NCBI RefSeq assembly: GCF_009914755.1
Contig: NC_060933.1
From: the human T2T-CHM13v2.0 reference genome, Homo sapiens
DNA length: 64,000 nucleotides
Strand: one strand, 5' to 3'
Shown here: one piece after another, positions 27,601-40,025 of the stretch
Numbering within the stretch: the first letter of the stretch is position 1
How the letters are laid out: every line of letters starts with the position of its first letter
Made by a program: the position numbers and the translations under genes
The notes under the pieces: model-generated
Told to the model about the DNA's origin: nothing
Databases searched by the model: none
What the model saw: the letters and a program-made list of their open reading frames with translations, nothing else

Positions 27601-30600
27601 AATGGAATGAAATGCAATGGATTCAACTCGATTGCAATGGAATGGAATAGAATGGAATGGAATGGAATGGAATGGAATTAATCCGAATAGAATGGAATGG
27701 AATGGAATGGAACGGAATGGAACGGAATGGAATGGAATGGAATGGAATGGAATGGTATGGATTGGAATGGAATGGTACGGAATAGAATGGAATGGAACGA
27801 ATTGTAATGGAATGGAATTGAATGGAATGGAATGGAATGGAATGGAATGGAATCAACGCGAGTGCAGGGGAATGTAATGGAACGGAATGCAATGGAATGG
27901 AATCATCCGGAATGGAAAGGAATGGAATGGAATGGAATGCAATGGAATGGAATCAACCCGAGTGCAATGGAATGTAATGGAGAGTAAGGGAGTTGAATAG
28001 AATCAATCCGAATGTAATGGAATGGAATGCAACAGAATGGAATGGAATGGAATGGAATGGAATGGAATCAACTCGATTGCAATCGAATGGAATGGAATGG
28101 AATTAACCCGAATAGAATGGAATGGAGTGTAATGGAACGGAACGGAATGGAATGGAATGGAATGGAACGGAAAGGAAGGGAATGGAATGGAATGGAATGG
28201 AATGGAATGGAACGGAAATTAAGGGAATGGAATGGAATAGAATGGAATGGAATGGAATCAACGCGAGTGCAGGGGAATGGAATGGAATGGAATGCAATAG
28301 AATGGAATCTTCCGGAATGGAATGGAATGGAATGGAATGGAATGGAATCAACCCGAGTGCAATGGAATGGAGTGGAATGGAATGGAATGGAATGGAACAA
28401 CCCGAATGGAACGGAATGTAATGGAGAGTAAGGGAGTTGAATAGAATCAATCCGAATGTAATGGAATGGAATGGAACGGAATGGAATTGAATGGAATGGA
28501 ATGGAATGCAATGGAATCAAATCAACCAGAGTGCAATGGAATGGAGAGGAATGGAATGGAATGGAATGGAAACTACCCGAATGGAATGGAATGTAATGGA
28601 GTGTAAGGGAATTGAATAGAATCAATCCGAATGCAATGGAATGGAATGGAACGGAATGGAATGGAATGGAATGGAATGGAATGGAATGGAATGCAATGGA
28701 ATGGAATCAACCCGAGTGCAATCGAATGGAATCGAATGGAATGGAATGCAATGGAATGGATTCAACTTGAATGGAATGGAAAGAATGGAATCAACACGAG
28801 TGGAATGGCATGGATTGGAATGGAATGGAATGGAATCAACCCGAGTACAGGGGAATGGAATAGAATGGAATGCAATGGAATGGAATCATCTGTAATGGAA
28901 TGGAAAGGAATGGAATGTAATGTAATGGAATGGAATGGAATAGAATCAACTCGATTGCAAGCGAATGGAATGGAATGGAATTAACCCGAATAGAATGGAA
29001 TGGAATGGAATGGAACGGAACGGAATGGAGTGGAATGGAATGGAATGGAACGGAACGGAATGGAATGGAATGGAATGGAATGGAATGGAATGGAATGGAA
29101 TGCAATGGAATCAACGCGAGTGCAGGGGAATGGAATGGAATGGAATGCAATGGAATGGAATCTTCCGGAATGGAATGGAATGGAATGGAATGGAATGGAA
29201 TGGAATGGAATGGAATGAAATGCAATGGATTCAACTCGATTGCAATGGAATGGAATAGAATGGAATGGAATGGAATGGAATGGAATGGAATGAATTCGAA
29301 TAGAATGGAATGGAATGGAATGGAACGGAATGGAACGGAACGGAATGGAATGGAATGGAATGGAATGGAATGGAATGGAATGATACGGAATAGAATGGAA
29401 TGGAACGAAATGGAATGGAATGGAATGGAATGGAATGGAATGGAATGGAATGGAATGGAATCGTTCCGAGTGGAATAGGAGGGAATGTATTCGAGTGGAA
29501 TGGAAAGGAATGGAATCAACCAGAGTGGAATGGAAGGGAATGGAATGGAATGGAAACTAATAGAATGGAATCAACCCGAGAGGAATGGAATGGAAAGGAC
29601 TGGAATGGAATGGAATGGAATGGAATCAACTCGATTGTAATGGAATGGAATGGAATGGAATGGAATGGAATGGAATTAACCCGAATACAATGGAATGGAA
29701 TGGAATGGAACGGAATGGAGTGGAATGGAATGGAATCAACCCGAGTGCAGGGGAATGGAATGGAATGGAATGTAATGGAATGGAATCATACGGAAAGGAA
29801 TGGAATGGAATGGAATGCAAAGCAATGGAATCAACTCGATTGCAATGGAATGGAATGGAATGGAAAGGAATACATTGGAATCAACCCGAGTGGAATGGAA
29901 TGGAAAGGACTGGAATGGAGTGGAATGGAATGGAATGGAATGGAATGGAATCAACTCGATTGGAATGGAATGTAATGGAATGGAATGGAATGGAATGGAA
30001 TTAACCCGAGTGGAATTGAATGGAAACGACTGGAATGGAGTGGAATGGAATGGAATGGAATGGAATGGAATCAACTCGATTGGAATGGAATGTAATGGAA
30101 TGGAATGGAATGGAATGGAATTAACCCGAATAGAATGGAATGGAGTGGAATGGAACGAAACGGAATGGAATGGAATGGAATGGAATGGAATGGAAACAAC
30201 CCGACTGCAGGGGAATGGAATGGAATGGAATGCAATGGAATGGATTCAACTTGAATGGAATGGAAAGAATGGAATCAACACGAGTGGAATGGCATGGATT
30301 GGAATGGAATGGAATGGAATCAACCCGAGTACAGGGAAATGGAATGGAATGGAATGCAATGGAATGGAATCATCCGTAATGGAATGGAAAGGAATGGAAA
30401 GGAATGGAATGGAATGGAATGGAATGGAATGGAATCAACTCGATTGCAATCGAATGGAATGGAATGGAATTAACCCGAATAGAATGGAATGGAATGGAAT
30501 GGAACGGAACGGAACGGAATGGAATGGATTGGAATGGAATGGAATGGAATGGAATGGAACGGAAAGGAATGGAATGGAATCGAATGGAATGGAATGGAAT

Positions 30601-30870
30601 CAACGTGAGTGCAGGTGAATGGAATGGAATGGAATGCAATGGAATGGAATCTTCCGGAATGGAATGGAATGGAATGGAATGGAATTGAATGGAATGGAAT
30701 AAACCCGAGTGCAATGGAATGGAGTGGAATGGAATGGAATGGAATGGAACAACCCGAATGGAATGGAATGTAATGGAGTGTAAGGGAGTTGAATAGAATA
30801 AATCCGAATGTAATGGAATGGAATGGAACGGAATGGAATTGAATGGAATGGAATGGAATGCAATGGAATG
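23958..30870 (+). repeat. ~3.5 kb tandem duplication (copy 1 about 23958-27368, copy 2 about 27369-30870)
   Basis: ORF pairs at offsets 3501-3506 (24521/28027, 26230/29736, 26634/30140). Private markers: ggaaattaaggg, caaatcaaccagagt, gcaagcgaat, gaattc (25786/29292), catacggaaagg and caacgtgagtgcaggtgaat. Confidence 0.92.
26380..26625 (+). repeat. 120 bp tandem duplication nested in the 3.5 kb unit (also at about 29886-30130)
   Basis: gactggaatggagtgg...caactcgattggaatggaatgtaat...ttaacccga occurs twice, 120 bp apart, in both 3.5 kb copies. Confidence 0.85.
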
Positions 30871-33800
30871 GAATCAACCCGAGTTCAATGGAATAGAGAG
30901 AAATGGAATGGAATGGAATGGAAACTACCCGAATGGAATGGAATGTAATGGAGTGTAAGGGAATTGAATAGAATCAATCCGAATGTAATGGAATGGAATG
31001 GAACGGAATGGAATGGAATGGAATGGAATGGAATGGAATCAACCCGAGTGCAATCGAATGGAATCGAATGGAATGCAATGCAATGGAATGGATTCAACTT
31101 GAATGGAATGGAAAGAATGGAATCAACACGAGTGGAATGGCATGGATTGGAATGGAATGGAATGGAATCAACCCGAGTACAGGGGAATGGAATGGAATGG
31201 AATGCAATGGAATGGAATCATCCGTAATGGAATGGAAAGGAATGGAATGGAATGGAATGGAATGGAATGGAATGGAATCAACTCGATTGCAATCGAATGG
31301 AATGGAATGGAATTAACACGAATAGAATGGAATGGAATGGAATGGAACGGAACGGAATGGAATGGAATGGAATGGAATGGAATGGAATGGAATGGAATCA
31401 ACGCGAGTGCAGGGGAATGGAATGGAAAGGAATGCAATGGAATGGAATCTTCGGAATGGAATGGAATGGAATGGAATGGAATGAAATGCAATGGATTCAA
31501 CTCGATTGCAATGGAATGGAATAAAATGGAATGGAATGGAATGGAATGGAATTAATCCGAATAGAGTGGAATGGAATGGAATGGAACGGAATGGAACGGA
31601 ATGGAATGGAATGGAATGGAATGGTATGGAATGGAATGGAATGGTACGGAATAGAATGGAATGGAACGAATTGTAATGGAATGGAATTGAATGGAATGGA
31701 ATGGAATGGAATGGAATGGAATCAACCCGAGTGCCATGGAATGGAGTGGAATGGAATGGAATGGAATGGAAAAACCCGAATGGAGTGGAATGTAATGGAG
31801 AGTAAGGGAGTTGAATAGAATCAATCCGAATGTAATGGAATGGAATGGAACGGAATGGAATGGAATGGAATGGAATGGAATGGAATGGAATGGAATGGAA
31901 TGGAATGCAATGGAATGGAATCAACCCGAGTGCAATCGAATGGAATCGAATGGAATGGAATGCAATGGAATGGACTCAACTTGAATGGAATGGAAAGAAT
32001 GGAATCAACACGAGTGGAATGGCATGGATTGGAATGGAATGGAATGGAATCAACCCGAGTACAGGGGAATGGAATGGAATGGAATGCAATGGAATGGAAT
32101 CATCCGTAATGGAATGGAAAGGAATGGAATGGAATGGAATGGAATGGAATGGAATGGAATGGAATGGAATCAACTCGATTGCAATCGAATGGAATGGAAT
32201 GGAATTAACCCGAATAGAATGGAATGGAATGGAATGGAACGGAACGGAATGGAATGGAATGGAATGGAATGGAACGGAAAGGAAGGGAATGGAATGGAAT
32301 AGAATGGAATGGAATGGAATCAACGCGAGTGCAGGGGAATGGAATGGAATGGAATGCAATGGAATGGAATCTTCCGGAATGGAATGGAATGGAATGGAAT
32401 GGAATGGAATCAACCCGAGTGCAATGGAATGGAGTGGAATGGAATGGAACGGAATGGAACAACCCGAATGGAACAGAATGTAATGGAGAGTAAGGGAGTT
32501 GAATAGAATCAATCCGAATGTAATGGAATGGAATGGAACGGAATGGAATTGAATGGAATGGAATGGAATGCAATGGAATAAAATCAACCCGAATGCAATG
32601 GAATGGAGAGGAATGGAATGGAATGGAATGGAAAGTACCCGAATGGAATGGAATGTAATGGAGTGTAAGGGAATTGAATAGAATCAATCCGAATGTAATG
32701 GAATGGAATGGAACGGAATGGAATGGAATGGAATGGAATGGAACGGAATGGAATGCAATGGAATGGAATCAACCCGAGTGCAATCGAATGGAATCGAATG
32801 GAATGGAATGTAATGGAATGGATTCAACTTGAATGTAATGGAAAGAATGGAATCAACACGAGTGGAATGGCATTGATTGGAATGGAATGGAATGGAATCA
32901 ACCCAAGTACATGGGAATGGAATGGAATGGAATGCAATGGAATGGAATCATCCGTAATGGAATGGAAAGGAATGGAATGGAATGGAATGGAATGGAATGG
33001 AATGGAATGGAATCAACTCGATTGCAATCGAATGGAATGGAAAGGAATTAACCCGAATAGAATGGAATGGAATGGAATGGAACGGATCGGAACGGAATGG
33101 AATGGAATGGAATGGAATGGAATGGAATGGAACGGAACGGAATGGAATGGAATGGAATGGAATGGAATGGAATCAACGCGAGTGCAGGGGAATGGAATGG
33201 AATGGAATGCAATGGAATGGAAACTTCCGGAATGGAATGGAATGGAATGGAATGGAATGAAATGCAATGGATTCAACTCGATTGCAATGGAATGGAATAG
33301 AATGGAATGGATTGGAATGGAATGGAATTAATCCGAATAGAATGGAATGGAATGGAAAGGAACGGAATGGAACGGAATGGAATGGAATGTAATGGAATGG
33401 TATGGAATGGAATGGAATGGTACGGAATAGAAAGGAATGGAACGAATTGTAATGGAATGGAATTGAATGGAATGGAATGGAATGGAATGGAATCAACGCG
33501 AGTGCAGGGGAATGTAATGGAACGGAATGCAATGGAATGGAATCATCCGGAATGGAATGGAATGGAATGGAATGGAATGGAATGGAATCAACCCGAGTGC
33601 AATGGAATGGAGTGGAATGGAATGGAATGGAATGGAAAAACCCGAATGGAGTGGAATGTAATGGAGAGTAAGGGAGTTGAATAGAATCCATCCGAATGTA
33701 ATGGAATGGAATGCAACGGAATGGAATGGAATGGAACGCAATGGAATTGAATCAACCCGAGTACAATGGAATGGAATGGAATGGAATGGAATGGAATGCA

Positions 33801-35670
33801 ATGGAATGGAATGATACGGAATAGAATGGAATGGAACGAAATGGAATGGAATGGAATGGAATGGAATGGAATGGAATGGAATGGAATCGTTCCGAGTGGA
33901 ATAGGAGGGAATGTATTCGAGTGGAATGGAAAGGAATGGAATCAACCAGAGTGGAATGGAAGGGAATGGAATGGAATGGAAACTAATAGAATGGAATCAA
34001 CCCGAGTGGAATGGAATGGAAAGGACTGGAATGGAATGGAATGGAATGGAATAAACTCGATTGTAATGGAATGGAATGGAATGGAATGGAATTAACCCGA
34101 ATACAATGGAATGGAATGGAATGGAACGGAATGGAGTGGAATGGAATGGAATCAACCCGAGTGCAGGGGAATGGAATGGAATGCAATGCAATGGAATGGA
34201 ATCATCCGGAATGGAATGGAATGGAATGGAATGCAAAGCAATGGAATCAACTCGATTGCAATGGAATGAAATGGAATGGAAAGGAATACATTGGAATCAA
34301 CCCGAGTGGAATGGAATGGAACGGACTGGAATGGAGTGGAATGGAATGGAATGGAATGGAATGGAATGGAATGGAATCAACTTGATTGGAATGGAATGGA
34401 ATGGAATGGAATGCAATGGAATTAACCCGAATAGAAAGGAATGGAATGGAATGGAACGGAATGGAATGGAATGGAATGGAATGGAATGGAATGGAATGGA
34501 ATAGAATCAACCTGACTGCAGGGGAATGGAATGGAATGGAATGCAATGGAATGGGTTCAACTTCAATGGAATGGAAAGAATGGAATCAACACGAGTGGAA
34601 TGGCATGGATTGGAATGGAATGGAATCAACCTGAGTACAGGGGAATGGAATGGAATGGAATGCAATGGAATGGAATCATCCGTAATGGAATGGAAAGGAA
34701 TGGAATGGAATGGAATGGAATGGAATGGAATGGAATGGAATCAACTCGATTGCAATCGAATGGAATGGAATGGAATTAACCCGAATAGAATGGAATGGAA
34801 TGGAATGGAACGGAACGGAACGGAACGGAATGGAATGGAATGGAATGGAATGGAATGGAATGGAACGGAAAGGAATGGAATGGAATGGAATGGAATGGAA
34901 TGGAATGGAATGGAATGGAATCAACGCGAGTGCAGGGGAATGGCATGGAATGGAATGCAATGGAATGGAATCTTCCGGAATGGAATGGAATGGAATGGAA
35001 TGAAATGCAATGGATTCAACTCGATTGCAATGGAATGGAATAGAATGGAATGGAATGTAATGGAATGGGATTAACCCGAATAGAATGGAATGGAATGGAA
35101 TGGAACGGAATGGAACGGAATGGAATGGAATGGAATGGAATGGAATGGAATGGAATGGAATGGAATTAACCCGAATAAAATGGAATGGAATGGAATGGAA
35201 CGGAATGGAGTGGAATGGAATGGAATCAACGCGAGTGCAGGGGAATGGAATGGAATGGAATGGAATGGAATGGAATGGAATGGAATGGAATGGAATGGAA
35301 TCAACGCGAGTGCAGGGGAATGTAATGGAACGGAATGCAATGGAATGGAATCATCCGGAATGGAATCGAATGGAATGGAATGGAATGGAATCAACCCGAG
35401 TGCAATGGAATGGAGTGGAATGGAATGGAATGGAATGGAACAACCCGAATGGAATGGAATGAAATGGAGAGTAAGGGAGTTGAATAGAATCAATCCGAAT
35501 GTAATGGAATGGAATGGAACGGAATGTAATGGAATGGAATGGAATGGAATCACCCCGAGTACAGGGGAATGGAATGGAATGGAATGCAATGGAGTGGAAT
35601 CATCCGTAATGGAAAGGAAAGGAAAGGAATGGAATGGAATGGAATGGAATGGAATGGAATGGAATGGAAT

Positions 35671-35810
35671 CAACTCGATTGCAATCGAATGAAATGGAAT
35701 GGAATTAACCCGAATAGAATGGAATGGAATGGAATGGAATCAACTCGATTGCCATCGAATGAAATGGAATGGAATTAACCCGAATAGAATGGAATGGAAT
35801 GGAATGGAAC
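35671..35810 (+). repeat. 70 bp tandem duplication
   Basis: caactcgattgc(a/c)atcgaatgaaatggaatggaattaacccgaatag occurs at 35671 and 35741, and both copies share the private gaaat variant. Confidence 0.85.
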
Positions 35811-36199
35811 GGAACGGAATGGAATGGAATGGAATGGAATGGAATGGAATGGAATGGAACGGAATGGAATGGAATGGAATGGAATGGAATCAACGCGAGT
35901 GCAGGGGAATGGAATGGAATGGAATGTAATGGAATGGAATGGAATGGAATGCAACGGAATGGAATGGAATGGAATGCAATGGAATGGAATGGAATGGAAT
36001 GCAAAGGAATGGAATCAACCCGAGTGGAATGGCATGGAATGGAATGCAATGGATTGGAATGGAATGGAATCAACTCGAGTGGAAAGGAATGGAATGGAAT
36101 GGAAAGGAATGGAATGAAGTCAACTCGAGTGGAATGGAATGGAATGGAATGGATTGGAATGGATTGCAATGGAATGAAATGGAATGGAATGGAATGGAA

Positions 36200-39100
36200 T
36201 CAATCATTCCGAGTGGAATGGAAGGGAATGTAATGGAGTGGAAAGAAGGGAATGGAATCAACCCGAGTGGAATGCAAGGCAATGGAATGGAATGGAAAGG
36301 AATGGAATGGAAAAAACTCGATTGCAATGGAATGGAATGGAATGGAATGGAATTAACCGGAATAGAATGGAATGGAACGGAGTGGAACGGAATGGAATGG
36401 AGTGGAATGGAATGGAATCAAAACGAGTGCAGGGGAATGGAATGGAATGGAATGCAATGGAATGGAATCATCCGGAATGGAATGGAATGGAATGGAATCA
36501 ACTCCATTGCAATGGAATGGAATGGAATGGAAAGGAATAGAATGGAATGGAATTAACCCGAATAGAATGGAATGCAAAAGAATGGAATGCAACGGAACCG
36601 AATGGAGTCGAATGGAATGGAATGGAATCAACCCGAGTACAGGGGAATGGAATGGAATAGAATGCAATGGAATGGAGTCATCCGTAATGGAATGGAAAGG
36701 AATGGAATGGAATGGAATGGAATGGAATGGAATGGAATCAACTCAATGGCAATCGAATGGAATGGAATGGAATTAAGCCGAATAGAATGGAATGGAATGG
36801 AATGGAACGAACGGAATGGAATGGAATGGAATGGAATGGAATGGAATGGAACGGAACGGAATGGAATGGAATGGAATGGAATGGAATCAACGCGAGTGCA
36901 GGGGAATGGAATGGAATGGAATGGAATGGAATGGAATATTCCGGAATGGAAAGGAAAGGAATGGAATGGAATGAAAGGAAATGGATTCAACTCGATTGCA
37001 ATGGAATGGAATAGAATGGAATGGAATGGAATGGAAAGGAATGGAATTGAATGGAATGGAATGCCTTCAAACCGAATGGAATGGAAAGGAATGGAATCAA
37101 CACGATTGGAAAAGAATGGAATGGAAAGGAATGGAATGGAATGGAATGGTACGGAATAGAATGGAATGGAACGAACTGGAATGGAATGGAATGGAATGGA
37201 ATGGAATGGAATGAAATGGAATCGTTCCGAGTGGAATAGGAGGGAATGTATTCGAGTGGAATGGAAAGGAATGGAATCAACCAGAGTGGAATGGAAGGGA
37301 ATGGAATGGAATGGAAACTAATAGAATGGAATCAACCTGAGTGGAATGGAATGGAAAGGACTGGAATGGAATGGAATGGAATGGAATGGAATGGAATCAA
37401 CTCGATTGTAATGGAATGGAATGGAATGGAATGGAATGGAATGGAATGGAATTAACCCGAATAAAATGGAATGGAATGGAATGGAACGGAATGGAGTGGA
37501 ATGGAATGGAATCAACCCGAGTGCAGGGGAATGGAATGGAATGGAATGCAATGGAACGGAATCATCCGGAATGGAATGGAATGGAATGGAATTCAAAGCA
37601 ATGGAATCAACTCAATTGCAATGGAATGGAATGGAATGGAAAGGAATAGAATGGAATCAACCCGAGTGTAATGGAATGGAAAGGACTGGAATGGAGTGGA
37701 ATGGAATGGAATGGAATGGAATGGAATCAACTCGATTGGAATGGAATGAAATGGAATGGAATGGAATGGAATGGAATGGAATGGAATGGAATTAACCCGA
37801 ATAGAATGGAATGCAACGGAATGGAATGGAATGGAATGGAATGGAATGGAATGGAATGGAATGGAATCAATCATTCCGAGTGGAATGGAAGGGAATGTAA
37901 TGGAGTGGAAAGAATTGAATGGAATCAACCCGAGTGGAATGCAAGGCAATGGAATGGAATGGAAAGGAACGGAATGGAATCAACTCGATTGCAATGGAAT
38001 GGAATGGAATGGAATGGAATGGAACGGAATGGAATAGAATGGAAGGGAATGGAATCAACACGAGTGCAGGGGAATGGAATGGAATGGAATGGAATGGAAT
38101 GGAAGGGAATGGAATAAACATTAGTGCAGGGGAATGGAATGGAATGGAATGCAATGGAATGGAATCATCCGGAATGGAATGGAATGGAATGGAATCAACT
38201 CCATTGCAATGGAATGGAATGGAATAGAATGGAATAGAATGGAATGGAATTAACCCGAATAGAATGGAATGCAATAGAATGGAATGCAACGGAACGGAAT
38301 GGAGTGGAATGGAATGGAATGGAATCAACCCGAGTACAGGGGAATGGAATGGAATGGAAAGCAATGGAATGGAGTCACCCGTAATGGAATGGAAAGGAAT
38401 GGAATGGAATGGAATGGAATGGAATGGAATGGAATGGAATGGAATGGAATCAACTCGTTGGCAATCGAATGGAATGGAATGGAATTAACCCGAATAGAAT
38501 GTAATGGAATGGAATGGAACGGAAAGGAATGGAATGGAATGGAATGGAACGGAACGGAATGGAATGGAATGGAATGGAATGGAATCAACGCGAGTGCAGG
38601 GGAATGGAATGGAATGGAATGTAATGGAATGGAATCTTCCGGAATGGAATGGAATGGAATGGAATGGAATGAAAGGCAATGGATTCAACTAGATTGCAAT
38701 GGAATGGAATAGAATGGAATGGAATTGAATGGAATGGAATGGAATTGAATGGAATGGAATGCCTTCAAACCGAATGGAATGGAAAGGAATGGAATCAACA
38801 CGAGTGGAAAGGAATGGAATGGAAAGGAATGGAATGGAATGGAATGGTACGGAATAGAATGGAATGGAACGAACTGGAATGGAATGGAATGGAATGGAAT
38901 GGAATGGAATGGAATGGAATGGAATCGTTCCGAGTGGAATAGGAGGGAATGTATTCGAGTGGAATGGAAAGGAATGGAATCAACCAGAGTGGAATGGAAG
39001 GGAATGGAATGGAATGGAAACTAATAGAATGGAATCAACCCGAGTGGAATGGAATGGAAAGGACTGGAATGGAATGGAATGGAATGGAATGGAATGGAAT

Positions 39101-40025
39101 GGAATCAACTCGATTGTAATGGAATGGAATGGAATGGAATGGAATGGAATGGAATGGAATGGAATGGAATGGAATTAACCCGAATAAAATGGAATGGAAT
39201 GGAATGGAACGGAATGGAATGGAATGGAATGGAATGGAATCAAAACGAGTGCAGGGGAATGGAATGGAATGGAATGCAATGGAATGGAATCATCCGGAAT
39301 GGAATGGAATGGAATGGAATCAACTCCATTGCAATGGAATGGAATGGAATGGAATGGAATAGAATGGAATGGAATTAACCCGAATAGAATGGAATGCAAA
39401 AGAATGGAATGCAACGGAACCGAATGGAGTCGAATGGAATGGAATGGAATCAACCCGAGTACAGGGGAATGGAATGGAATAGAATGCAATGGAATGGAGT
39501 CATCCGTAATGGAATGGAAAGGAATGGAATGGAATGGAATGGAATGGAATGGAATGGAATGGAATGGAATCAACTCAATGGCAATCGAATGGAATGGAAT
39601 GGAATTAACCCGAATAGAATGGAATGGAATGGAATGGAACGGAATGGAATGGAATGGAATGGAATGGAATGGAATGGAACGGTACGGAATGGAATGGAAT
39701 GGAATGGAATGGAATCAACGCGAGTGCAGGTTAGTGGAATGGAATGGAATGGAATGGAATGGAATCTTCCGGAATGGAATGGAAAGGAATGGAATGGAAT
39801 GAAAGGCAATGGATTCAAATCGATTGCAATGGATGGAATAGAATGGAATGGAATGGAATGGAAAGGAATGGAATTGAATGGAATGGAATGCCTTCAAACC
39901 GAATGGAATGGAAAGGAATGGAATCAACACGAGTGGAAAAGAATGGAATGGAAAGGAATGGAATGGAATGGAATGGTACGGAATAGAATGGAATGGAACG
40001 AACTGGAATGGAATGGAATGGAATG
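36200..40025 (+). repeat. Three related copies of a variant cassette (gccttcaaaccgaat at 37063, 38761 and 39890)
   Basis: caactccattgc, ggagtca(t/c)ccgt, gaaagg(c/a)aatggattc, gccttcaaaccg and aacgaactgg recur in the same order three times. Confidence 0.85.

Noticed and set aside
25786-29297. Y-chromosome DYZ1 (~3.5 kb EcoRI unit)
   Set aside because: Two GAATTC sites lie 3506 bp apart only because of one local duplication. The period does not continue, and the sequence is a purer pentamer than DYZ1.
39726-39740. Telomere-like seed (ggttagtgg)
   Set aside because: It is not TTAGGG and occurs once; point changes explain it better.
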